Shown here piece after piece: positions 1 to 8,417 of a DNA stretch of 20,000 nucleotides (position 1 is its first letter; every line of letters starts with the position of its first letter). Below the pieces are notes generated by a model that saw only the letters and a program-made list of their open reading frames with translations, ran no database searches and was not told the origin of the DNA. The stretch lies in IMG/VR virus record IMGVR_UViG_3300045020_000075; one strand, given 5' to 3'. This stretch comes from an uncultured virus (IMG/VR IMGVR_UViG_3300045020_000075). Taxonomy: Duplodnaviria; Heunggongvirae; Uroviricota; Caudoviricetes. The translations under genes and the position numbers were made by a program.

Positions 1-1156
1 TCTCAATTTCGGAAAAACGCGGTTCGGCATCAACTACGTGTGCCGTGTGGGCCTCGTCATACACTGCCCCGGCTGAGATTTGCATGAATTTAGAACGGGC
101 CGACGCCTCATTGATTGCCGAAATGGGTTGACCGGTCTTGATCGTGACCTGGAGGTCGCGCTTGAGATCGGCCATCAACTTGGTCTGTTGCGTCGTCAGC
201 GGCACCTCGCGAACTTGCGTTGTCAATTCAGGTGCGTCCCAAACCTCACTTATGTCGAACCGAATCGCGGGCTGGAGCAGCTTGCGTGCGAGATCATAGC
301 CATGCTTGAGCGGCATCCACTTGAATTGTGTCGCCTTGTACATGGTCTCGGCCTGGAAGGTCGTGAACGATTTGCCGTAGGCGTTGTTGACCATCTTGGC
401 GAGGCCGTAGGCGTCGGTCGGCGCGTTCGGCGTCGGCGTGCCGGTTGCCATCCACAGATAATCGCGGCAGCCGATCACCAGGCGGGCGATGCGATGTCGC
501 TTGGTGCGAGAGTCCTTGTAGGCAGACGCTTCGTCGACAATCGCCAGACGTATGTCCTTTCGTTCAGCGAGGGCTCGGGAAAACCCATCCAGCTCAAATC
601 GTTTGCGAGTATGGGCACCCACTCCCACTCCGTCGAAGTTGACCAAGAAATAGTCGACGTTCTGGTCGAGAGCCCGCAGACGCTGCTCGGCAGTGCCGTA
701 GAGGATCGCAAACGTTCGGCGACCAAGGAAGTTCTTGAAGATCGCATCGGCCCACACCCTTTCCATGATCGAGAGAGGACACACAATCAAAGCGCGGAAC
801 GTGCTGGGCGAGTGCTGGCGCATCAGCCAGTCACTACCCCATAAGATTGCATTTGTTTTTCCTACACCCATATCGCTTAAATTGAAGCAACGAGGATGTG
901 CAACCATAAAGTTAGCAGCTATTTTTTGTGATTCATAGGGCGTAATGCCGGGCGGGCGTGGCCAATCGTAATTTTCGTCAGTAATCAGCGGCGCAATGGC
1001 GTATCCCATCCACCGCAACGTCTGCGCGTTCTGGAGCGTCGCCGGCACCGCCACCATGGTGCCGTTGATCTCACGGCTCTCCGGGATTCGCTGGCGGATT
1101 GCGTCCGAGCGCGGGTATATCAGGAGGCCGCGGGTCTTGTCGTGGTAAAAGTCCAT
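1..1156 (-). CDS. SNF2-family (SF2) helicase, 3' end runs off the window
   Basis: Not in the ORF track (no stop in window). Manual minus-strand translation from ATG 1156: MDFYHDKTRG...PYESQKIAANF...LSDMGVGKT (Walker A)...LIVCPLS (Ia)...AIVDEASAYK (Walker B)...MATGTP (motif III). Confidence 0.92.
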   Translation of the reverse strand, partial: MDFYHDKTRGLLIYPRSDAIRQRIPESREINGTMVAVPATLQNAQTLRWMGYAIAPLITDENYDWPRPPGITPYESQKIAANFMVAHPRCFNLSDMGVGKTNAILWGSDWLMRQHSPSTFRALIVCPLSIMERVWADAIFKNFLGRRTFAILYGTAEQRLRALDQNVDYFLVNFDGVGVGAHTRKRFELDGFSRALAERKDIRLAIVDEASAYKDSRTKRHRIARLVIGCRDYLWMATGTPTPNAPTDAYGLAKMVNNAYGKSFTTFQAETMYKATQFKWMPLKHGYDLARKLLQPAIRFDISEVWDAPELTTQVREVPLTTQQTKLMADLKRDLQVTIKTGQPISAINEASARSKFMQISAGAVYDEAHTAHVVDAEPRFSEIE

Positions 1157-1220
1157 GGAACTTCCGACCTAGCTCTGCGTTCCCGTCATGCCCACACACC
1201 CGTGGGCGGGGACTTGCCGC

Positions 1221-1481
1221 ATGTGCTTCCCGCTCGAAACCATCAAAATGCTGCTGATCCTGTTCGTCGTGATCGCCGCGACCATCGCGATTCTGGGGAT
1301 TCTGGTCCCGTTCGTCGTGTCAAAGCTCGGAATCGCGCTCGGCGAGGGATGGGCCGTGCTAGTGCGATGTTTCCGCATCCTCATGTGGGCACTCATCATC
1401 ATCTTCGTAATCATCCTGTGTTTCGAGATGCTCACCTGCCTGTGGAGCTTCGTGGGAGGCGGTCTTCACCTCGGGCGATAG
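1221..1481 (+). CDS. Small two-TM membrane protein, opposite orientation to the surrounding operon
   Basis: Two long hydrophobic segments (LLILFVVIAATIAILGILVPFVV; ILMWALIIIFVIILCF). Fills the gap between the SNF2 and VRR-NUC genes. Start at 1221 or 1188. Confidence 0.7.
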   Translation: MCFPLETIKMLLILFVVIAATIAILGILVPFVVSKLGIALGEGWAVLVRCFRILMWALIIIFVIILCFEMLTCLWSFVGGGLHLGR

Positions 1482-1541
1482 CCAGGTCGAGCGCCTGCAA
1501 CCCTACCCGCCCGGACCACCGGACATCTGCCGACAACCGTG

Positions 1542-1853
1542 CTAACCTGAGCGCACCGACCGCGACGCCCGGTAGGTCAGCCAGACCTTGATCTCGGCGA
1601 TGATCTTGGTGGCGGTGCCCCACGATATGCAGGCTCCCGACTTCTCCCATTCGCGCAACGTCCGCCACTGCCGCGGTGTCGGTTCCTCGCCGGACCGCTT
1701 AGTTTCAATTGCCCAAAAGACGCCGAGGATCGAAGCGTGGCAGTCGATGTCGTCGCGACCATAGCCGCTCGGCACGGGCCAGCGGTGACAGGCGCCGATT
1801 GAATCCAAGAACTTTTTCAGCGCCGCTTTTTCGATGCCTTCGGGGGTCTGCAT
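1542..1853 (-). CDS. VRR-NUC / Holliday-junction-resolvase-like PD-(D/E)XK nuclease
   Basis: TPEG start, D...FWAIETK, then PTPRQ...L, the VRR-NUC pattern. Typical position upstream of an SNF2 helicase. Confidence 0.85.
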   Translation of the reverse strand: MQTPEGIEKAALKKFLDSIGACHRWPVPSGYGRDDIDCHASILGVFWAIETKRSGEEPTPRQWRTLREWEKSGACISWGTATKIIAEIKVWLTYRASRSVRSG

Positions 1854-2005
1854 TTTTCTTTCAGCCATCCCAATTCTTGTTGACGTTTTCGAGAACGAAG
1901 CCTGTCGGCGAGCCCCGGCACTTCATTCGGGTCCCAGTAAGTCCTGTTGGTGACCGGGTCCCAGTGAAAAATTGGCACAAACGCCCGACGAATCACATTT
2001 TTCAT
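1817..2005 (-). CDS. Hypothetical small protein
   Basis: ATG overlaps the stop of the exonuclease gene (ATGA coupling), with upstream AGGAAG. Overlaps the VRR-NUC start by about 37 nt. Confidence 0.5.
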   Translation of the reverse strand: MKNVIRRAFVPIFHWDPVTNRTYWDPNEVPGLADRLRSRKRQQELGWLKEKCRPPKASKKRR

Positions 2006-2715
2006 GGCGGCTTCCTGTTGTGTTCGCACGAACGCACGTCGCAGTGACCGCAAAGACCGCTCTTGCGTTTCACGAACTCGTTCGCTCGGCAGTCATGCTC
2101 GATATTGGCGACGATCTCGTTGACCCGCTTCCACGTTCCGGTGAAGTCCGAGAGGTTATGCGGCGGCCCGAGCCGGTCCTCGGCGAGCCAGATGTAGTAA
2201 CCCTTGACGGTTTGCAGTGCCGGAAATCTCGCCTTGAGCAACAGCGCGTTGGTCTCCAGTTCGAACGCACGCTCGTATTTCGACGATCCGGTCTTGTGGT
2301 CGAAGATCGCGGCGCTCGTGCCGTTGACGACCGGCACGTCGATCTTGCCCCGGAACCAGACCTCGGGAGCGAAGAAGTCGCACGCCTTGCCGTCGTGCGT
2401 CATGCCAAGCTTCATCTCGGTCTCGATCTTGTAGCCGTCGAATGGCGCCGCGAACTTCTCCCACTTGTTCATCTCGGGCGGGAGAGGCTTGCGGCCACCG
2501 ATGCGCAGCTCCATCGCTTCGTGCACTTTGGTGCCCCACCGCATCGCGTCGGTCTCGACGAACGGCAGCGTCTTCCAGACGTAACGATGCGCCATCTGGT
2601 GCGGACAAATCTCCGCGTAGGTGTTGAGCATCGTGAACGAGTAGACGGTCGGCTTCTCGGTTTTCGGTCGCCGGTCGAGGAACGGTGGGATGCCTTCAGT
2701 AACAATTTGTGTCAT
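2002..2715 (-). CDS. Cas4-like / RecB-type PD-(D/E)XK exonuclease
   Basis: YSF...CP, WGTKVHEAME, E...RGKIDV...IFDHKTG and a C-terminal CGHC...C Fe-S ligand pattern. Confidence 0.9.
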   Translation of the reverse strand: MTQIVTEGIPPFLDRRPKTEKPTVYSFTMLNTYAEICPHQMAHRYVWKTLPFVETDAMRWGTKVHEAMELRIGGRKPLPPEMNKWEKFAAPFDGYKIETEMKLGMTHDGKACDFFAPEVWFRGKIDVPVVNGTSAAIFDHKTGSSKYERAFELETNALLLKARFPALQTVKGYYIWLAEDRLGPPHNLSDFTGTWKRVNEIVANIEHDCRANEFVKRKSGLCGHCDVRSCEHNRKPP

Positions 2716-2718
2716 TGT

Positions 2719-3435
2719 TTACATCCTACAAACGCGACATTGCATTCCCGCGAGCGGGTCGCGTCGCGTGTCCTTCGGTATCCATCCACTCTCGAATTTG
2801 AGGCGCAGATCGCGAAGCGAGACCGGCTGCGTATCGCGCCCTGGTGAGCGGAACGTATGTCCTGTCGCTTCCTCCATAGCCTCGCCCTCAAGGTATGCCG
2901 AAAGATTGTCGCGCCAAAGTTCGTACCATTCGATCAGTCGCTGCCAAAAGCACCACATGCAGTCAGAACGAATCGGAATGTCGACACCTCGTCTTGCATT
3001 GTAGGAGATCACGTCCGCAATGCCCCATCCCCAACGCCGCATCGGAAAGTCCGAATCAACGTTCGGCACGTCCGCGTAATCGCCACCCTCTCGATCTTCC
3101 TCGTCGGCCCGAAGCCCAACATAGGAGATCGCGGGACTGTTGTTCATGAGCCACGCCGCATAGGGCTCGATCTTGAGTTTCCGCGTGCACCAACGTTGCC
3201 GCCAATTCGGAAGCGCATTCTGCGCCTTGATGAGCCCGACGAGCGTCCCGCCGATGACGGGAATGATGGGCTTCCCGAGCAACTCGCCCAGCTTGCGCCA
3301 ATGCGCGAACATGGCGGGCGGCTCGTTCCCGGTCGGCGTGCAGACGTAGACGTAATCACGCGGCTCGATCTCAGCCAGCCGCAAGGCCATTGCCGTGCTG
3401 TCCTTGCCTCCGCTAAGCGCGACGACGTGTTTCAT
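2719..3435 (-). CDS. Phosphoadenosine-phosphosulfate (PAPS) reductase family / PP-loop protein
   Basis: VVALSGGKDS PP-loop, RWCTRKLKIEP, GLRADE, DCMWCF. Confidence 0.88.
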   Translation of the reverse strand: MKHVVALSGGKDSTAMALRLAEIEPRDYVYVCTPTGNEPPAMFAHWRKLGELLGKPIIPVIGGTLVGLIKAQNALPNWRQRWCTRKLKIEPYAAWLMNNSPAISYVGLRADEEDREGGDYADVPNVDSDFPMRRWGWGIADVISYNARRGVDIPIRSDCMWCFWQRLIEWYELWRDNLSAYLEGEAMEEATGHTFRSPGRDTQPVSLRDLRLKFESGWIPKDTRRDPLAGMQCRVCRM

Positions 3436-3438
3436 TGT

Positions 3439-3567
3439 TCACTCGTCTGTATCTGGCTCGTCATCGACATATCCGCTCCCTTCGCATTCGCGGCACTCGA
3501 CCCACATCCCGTCGATATCGTTCCAGCCGCCACGGCCGTCGCACTCGGGGCAATCGATGAGGGGCAT
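3439..3567 (-). CDS. 42-aa DnaJ-type zinc-finger microprotein
   Basis: Below the ORF-track cutoff. Manual translation MPLIDCPECDGRGGWNDIDGMWVECRECEGSGYVDDEPDTDE has two CxxCxGxG repeats, with AGGA upstream. Confidence 0.75.
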   Translation of the reverse strand: MPLIDCPECDGRGGWNDIDGMWVECRECEGSGYVDDEPDTDE

Positions 3568-3592
3568 GGTTGATATCCTATGACTGATCGGC

Positions 3593-3859
3593 TCAGCAGT
3601 TAATGAGCCAGTGAACGCGATTGCAATCGTCCGGACAATCGACGTGGTTGATGCCGTCGAAAGCGTCCTTCCTCTCGCGCGGCTCCGAAACCTCCCACCT
3701 GTTCGCCGTCGTTCCGGGCGGGTCCATGCGGGTCGCTTCCTCTCCGACCTCCTCGGGCGCCCATGACTTCGGAGCGCAAACGACGCGATAGATCAGGCCC
3801 CACCCACAAGGGAAAAGGCGATCTTCGGTCAGGTCGACCTTCTTCACAGGCTCGTTCAT
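3593..3859 (-). CDS. Hypothetical protein (88 aa)
   Basis: Strong RBS (AGGAGGA), fits the operon, Cys/His-containing C-terminus. Confidence 0.75.
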   Translation of the reverse strand: MNEPVKKVDLTEDRLFPCGWGLIYRVVCAPKSWAPEEVGEEATRMDPPGTTANRWEVSEPRERKDAFDGINHVDCPDDCNRVHWLINC

Positions 3860-3868
3860 CCATTCCTC

Positions 3869-4339
3869 CTATCCGAACAACTTCCCCAGCGCCGCCACGA
3901 TCCTGGTGCGCGAGCGCTTGTTAGTGGTTTGCAGGTTGCCGATCAGACTCATCAGCAGCGAGGCATCCTCTGTTTTCATCCCACCCAGCTCGGGCAAGAG
4001 GCCGATCGGGACCATCAGGGGGCGCGGCTGCTTGGCCTTGCGACCGCGCCGCCTTTGTTCGCCACGTTCAACCACGGCGGCGACTTGCGCGACTGGTCCG
4101 GGCTGCAACACGGTCGCCGGCATTGTCCGCCGGGCGCCGCGGGGCTTGCCGCGCCGGCTAGTCTTCGCCGGGCTCGGGGAGGCGGGGGCGCGGCGGGTGT
4201 ACTTCCGTTTTGGCTTCCCGGTCTCGCCATTTGTCGGGATCGTCGGGGTGGCCGGCGGAGATTGTGTCTCGGTCGTACCCTCGAACATCGGTGATTGTGG
4301 CTTGAACTCCGGGAACGTCTGTTTGGTCGCGTCGTCCAT
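3869..4339 (-). CDS. Hypothetical basic/disordered protein, possibly DNA-binding
   Basis: RBS GGAGAA before ATG 4339. K/R/P-rich motifs (KPKRKYTRR, RRRGRKAK) and a helical C-terminus. Confidence 0.7.
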   Translation of the reverse strand: MDDATKQTFPEFKPQSPMFEGTTETQSPPATPTIPTNGETGKPKRKYTRRAPASPSPAKTSRRGKPRGARRTMPATVLQPGPVAQVAAVVERGEQRRRGRKAKQPRPLMVPIGLLPELGGMKTEDASLLMSLIGNLQTTNKRSRTRIVAALGKLFG

Positions 4340-4475
4340 GAGGTTCTCCTTTGCGGGCACGGCGGATGAGTTCTTCGAGCAGAAGCAGGTTGGGATTACT
4401 GAACCAGATGGCGCCCTGCTGGTGCACGAGGGTGCAGAGTTCGTCGAGCGGCATGTTCTCGTGGGGGTAGATCAC
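4158..4475 (-). CDS. Hypothetical protein coupled to the polymerase stop
   Basis: GTGA overlap with the polymerase stop and a protein-like N-terminal half, but the C-terminal half overlaps the next gene by about 180 nt. Confidence 0.4.
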   Translation of the reverse strand: MIYPHENMPLDELCTLVHQQGAIWFSNPNLLLLEELIRRARKGEPHGRRDQTDVPGVQATITDVRGYDRDTISAGHPDDPDKWRDREAKTEVHPPRPRLPEPGED

Positions 4476-6346
4476 GCGTACCTCTCGGACAGCTCACCTT
4501 CACAGTCGAGTGGAATCTCAGGAAGCCACACCGGCGGTCGTCGCATCTCGGTTTTGCACTTTTCCAGATGCTCGTGCTCGTGACCATCCTTCGGGATCAG
4601 CAGCAGTAGCTCATCGTACGGCACGTTAAGAGTACGGTAGCCCATCCGGGCGAGCCGCACCATTACGTCGGACACGAAATTCCAGGCGAGGGACTGGATC
4701 AAATGCTCGACAAATTTCGCGCCATACATCTTTTCCCAACCTTTTCGCGTTTTCACACGCCAGTACGACTCGCCTTTCTCATTATCCTTGTAATGCTCAA
4801 GAGTGTCGTACACAAGCGGGCATCCGTTGGGAAGCCACAGGCGTCGATCTTTGATCAGCGCCGGCCCCCACGCGAGCGGGTCGCCGCCCGCCAGACGCGC
4901 GAGCATGCGCCCGCCCTGCTTCCACAGGTCGACCACGGCCGGATGCGTGTCGCGGTAGGCGTCGCGCGCGCGCAAACCTTCCTCGGGTCCAATGATGATG
5001 CCGGCCTTGGTGCGCAGCGTGGCGCGTATCTTCTCGCCTCCCGAGCCATACCCGCACTGCAATTCTACGGTTTTTCCGAGTTGATATTCGGTTGGATGAG
5101 TGCTCTTGGTGATCGGGTATCCATAGAATTGTTCGGCGACCCGGATGTAAGGACTCTTTTTGTTGCGAAACAAGTCGATCACATCGTGCTGGCCGGCGAT
5201 CATGTTGAGAAACCGGCATTCGAGCTGGCTGCAGTCGATTGGTGCCAGCAGATAGCCAGGCGGCGCGCAGATCGCTTCCTTGACGGTGGTGCCGCCTTTC
5301 TCGGGAGGCATGTCGGGATCAGCCTTCTTAAAGTTGAGGAAGTTCGAACGATCACCGCCGCTCGGGCGTGTCGTTTTGGCGCCATAGGCGCGCAGGTAAA
5401 CGCACAGCGGTCCGCGCCGCGTCATCCACCCGAGCGTCTCGGCGCGCGTCTGCAGGATCGTGCTCTTGACGCCAAGCCGCGCCTCCGCGAGCGCTCGCAC
5501 CACCTCGTCCTCGTCTTCCAAAAGGTCTTCCATGAACGGATCGGTCTTGGCGAACGCGTAGATGTCGCCATTCTTGCCGTCCTTCGTCGCCGGCTCGACA
5601 CCTTGCTCGCGCAAAAGCGCCGCGAAACGGTCGGCAGACTGGAGGTCGGACGCCGTGATGCCGAGCTGCTGCAGCAGGTCGTGCTTGCGCGTCGCCTCGT
5701 TGTTCCAGATGGACACGAACTTGTCGAGGTCGCCGACCAGACGTGGCTCGACAAACATGCGCAGCATTTGATCAACCACCTCGTACTGCGACGACGGAAA
5801 GCCAATCTCGCGCAGCCTACCGAAGATGGTCCAGACACTTTCGACTTCATCGGCGCAACCATCGGCCAACAGTTCTTGCTCGTGTGACGTGAGGTCTTGC
5901 CATCTTTTATTTTTAAAAAGTTCATATGGCGTGCGTTTTTTCGGCATACCGAAATGTTCGCGCACGGCTTCAAGACCGACACCCAGATGATTACCTAAGA
6001 GAAGGCGCGAGCACGCGAGCGTGCAGCCGAGCATGCGCGGATGCACATCATAGTGGTGCGACAGCACGAGACCGTCGAAGTGCATGTGATGAGCGATCAA
6101 CCACACATCCGACCAGTCTTCGTTTTTGAGAACGTAACGCAGTTCGGCTTCGGGATACCAACGCGCGGGAATATTCGCCTGCCATTTAATCGCAGCACCG
6201 TGTGCTTGGAACCACGGATGACGGACATAGTCTTCAGTGTTGCAGCCTGGGCCTCCACGCTGCGCGAATCGGTACGGAATCCCGCGCTCGTCCTTTTGAT
6301 CAGTGAACAGCGACTCGAAGTCAATAACTACTGGACGGAGTGTCAC
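4472..6346 (-). CDS. polA: Phage family A DNA polymerase (3'-5' exonuclease + polymerase domains), divergent motifs
   Basis: ExoI VIDFES, ExoII AHHMHFD, motif A DCSQLECR, motif B GKTVELQCGYG, motif C PYDEL; 624 aa. Confidence 0.93.
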   Translation of the reverse strand: MTLRPVVIDFESLFTDQKDERGIPYRFAQRGGPGCNTEDYVRHPWFQAHGAAIKWQANIPARWYPEAELRYVLKNEDWSDVWLIAHHMHFDGLVLSHHYDVHPRMLGCTLACSRLLLGNHLGVGLEAVREHFGMPKKRTPYELFKNKRWQDLTSHEQELLADGCADEVESVWTIFGRLREIGFPSSQYEVVDQMLRMFVEPRLVGDLDKFVSIWNNEATRKHDLLQQLGITASDLQSADRFAALLREQGVEPATKDGKNGDIYAFAKTDPFMEDLLEDEDEVVRALAEARLGVKSTILQTRAETLGWMTRRGPLCVYLRAYGAKTTRPSGGDRSNFLNFKKADPDMPPEKGGTTVKEAICAPPGYLLAPIDCSQLECRFLNMIAGQHDVIDLFRNKKSPYIRVAEQFYGYPITKSTHPTEYQLGKTVELQCGYGSGGEKIRATLRTKAGIIIGPEEGLRARDAYRDTHPAVVDLWKQGGRMLARLAGGDPLAWGPALIKDRRLWLPNGCPLVYDTLEHYKDNEKGESYWRVKTRKGWEKMYGAKFVEHLIQSLAWNFVSDVMVRLARMGYRTLNVPYDELLLLIPKDGHEHEHLEKCKTEMRRPPVWLPEIPLDCEGELSERYA

Positions 6347-6711
6347 GACCGCACCTTCGCGTACACGTACTCACCGGTCGAGTAATCTCCGTCCGACAAG
6401 CGGCCCCAGTTGCGCGCCTTGATCTCGTAGCCGGCCGGGCGCAGCTTCTTGTTGATGTTGTACACGTGCACGTGGATGCACTTGTGGGCGGTCTGCGGTC
6501 CGCCGTCCGGGTGGTCGGCGTAGAGCATGTCGGCAATGTCTGCCGTCGTGATGCCGTTGTCGCCGGCCCGCTGCACGATCTCGAACAGGCGCGTGCGCAG
6601 CGGCGAGAGCCGCAGTCCGTGCGGGCGGGGACGCGGCAGCGTCTGCCCGCAGGTCGGACAGGTCTTGTCGTGGCCGTTGGCGACGCGGCGGACGCGCAGG
6701 CGGGGGGTCAT
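6343..6711 (-). CDS. CPxCG knuckle plus winged-helix (OmpR/PhoB C-terminal-like) DNA-binding protein
   Basis: CPTCGQ, LSPLRTRLFEIV, IHVHVYNINKKL...GYEI. Overlap-coupled to neighbours at both ends. Confidence 0.75.
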   Translation of the reverse strand: MTPRLRVRRVANGHDKTCPTCGQTLPRPRPHGLRLSPLRTRLFEIVQRAGDNGITTADIADMLYADHPDGGPQTAHKCIHVHVYNINKKLRPAGYEIKARNWGRLSDGDYSTGEYVYAKVRS

Positions 6712-6893
6712 GAGCTGCGTCGCTTGAGTTGTCGAAGCTCGGCCGCACATTTCTTTTCTAGCCCGACTTGTTTAACATACAAATCGTGAGCGCAAACCTG
6801 CCACGCGCGATATGCGCACGCCTCGACGGCCTCGTTCCATCCGCGCCAATAGATTTCCAACTCGTGTTGCGATCCGATCTCAGAACTGGTCAT
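6708..6893 (-). CDS. Hypothetical protein (61 aa)
   Basis: Coupled into the operon. RGWNEAVEACA is a motif common in small phage proteins. Confidence 0.65.
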   Translation of the reverse strand: MTSSEIGSQHELEIYWRGWNEAVEACAYRAWQVCAHDLYVKQVGLEKKCAAELRQLKRRSS

Positions 6894-6896
6894 GCG

Positions 6897-7157
6897 TCAC
6901 CAATCAAATGTCTTGCCGGTGCGAAGCTGCTGGTCGATTGCAGCACAAGCGAGCCGATAGCGTAGCATAACCCATGCTTTGTGCTTGCGATCTTTTGCAC
7001 GACCACCCTTGGCGTTGCGGTTGGGCGGCGTCAGACCCTTCTCGAACCAAAAAATGGCCTCGACCGAGTAGCCGGTCAACTCGGCCAGCTCGCGGGTCGA
7101 GAGGCCGTGCCGGTCGCGCCACTGTCGGGCGCGGTGGTGCTCATTGGATTGCATCAC
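6897..7157 (-). CDS. XRE-family helix-turn-helix regulator
   Basis: WRDRHGLSTRELAELTGYSVEAIFWFEKG HTH signature. Confidence 0.85.
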   Translation of the reverse strand: MMQSNEHHRARQWRDRHGLSTRELAELTGYSVEAIFWFEKGLTPPNRNAKGGRAKDRKHKAWVMLRYRLACAAIDQQLRTGKTFDW

Positions 7158-7350
7158 CAGCGATCCATCTGCGACACGAACTCTTTAGGCTGTGGAATCG
7201 ACAGCCAGTCGCGGATTTCGCACACACATTCGACGAACTCGACATTCCAGCCACGACGACCCTCCCACTCGGCTATCGCGGCATCGAGATAGGCGAGCGC
7301 GACAGACTGGTTGGGGGATTGGCGGAAGGCTGCTTGCGCGTCGGATAGGG

Positions 7351-7354
<4 letters not shown>
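7154..7354 (-). CDS. Hypothetical protein (66 aa)
   Basis: 4-nt start/stop overlaps on both sides. Confidence 0.6.
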
Positions 7355-8193
<839 letters not shown>

Positions 8194-8245
8194 TGTCCAT
8201 CTCCCGTTTGCCTGACACACTACACATGGCACGCCCGCGATGGCT

Positions 8246-8261
8246 TGTAAAGAGTAATCTT
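8246..8261. promoter_or_regulatory. Operator-like box TGTAAAGAGTAATCTT, identical to 10957-10972
   Basis: 16/16 identity with the box in the promoter at 10942. On the minus strand it contains TTTACA, a plausible -35 of the leftward operon. Confidence 0.6.
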
Positions 8262-8417
8262 AGGTCAGGAGCGTTGACCCAAAGTAGGGAAGGAGTGCTG
8301 TCCGTAAAAAAGCGGAATGCGACAATGGCTTGACGTGAGGGGGTCGGCGGAGTGAGACTGGAAGCACAAAACCCGCCACGGGGGCGGGTTCTGGCTGCAC
8401 GGTGAGAGCGCACAAAG

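Noticed and set aside
80..844. 254-aa plus-strand ORF
   Set aside because: Antisense shadow of the minus-strand SNF2 helicase, which has clear motifs.
2002..2715. Cas4-like nuclease as evidence of CRISPR-Cas
   Set aside because: Stand-alone Cas4-like exonucleases are routine in phage replication modules; no cas1/cas2 or array is present.
2719..3435. cysH auxiliary sulfur-metabolism gene
   Set aside because: Lacks the CysH C-terminal ECGLH motif, and no other sulfate-assimilation genes are present.
1972..5887. Long plus-strand ORFs (1972-2847, 2857-3573, 3906-4583, 4703-5887)
   Set aside because: Antisense to well-supported genes; expected in high-GC DNA and lacking motifs.
4472..6346. Polymerase as DpoZ (2-aminoadenine genome)
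   Set aside because: No purZ, datZ or mazZ-like gene in the window, and DpoZ-specific residues cannot be verified by eye.
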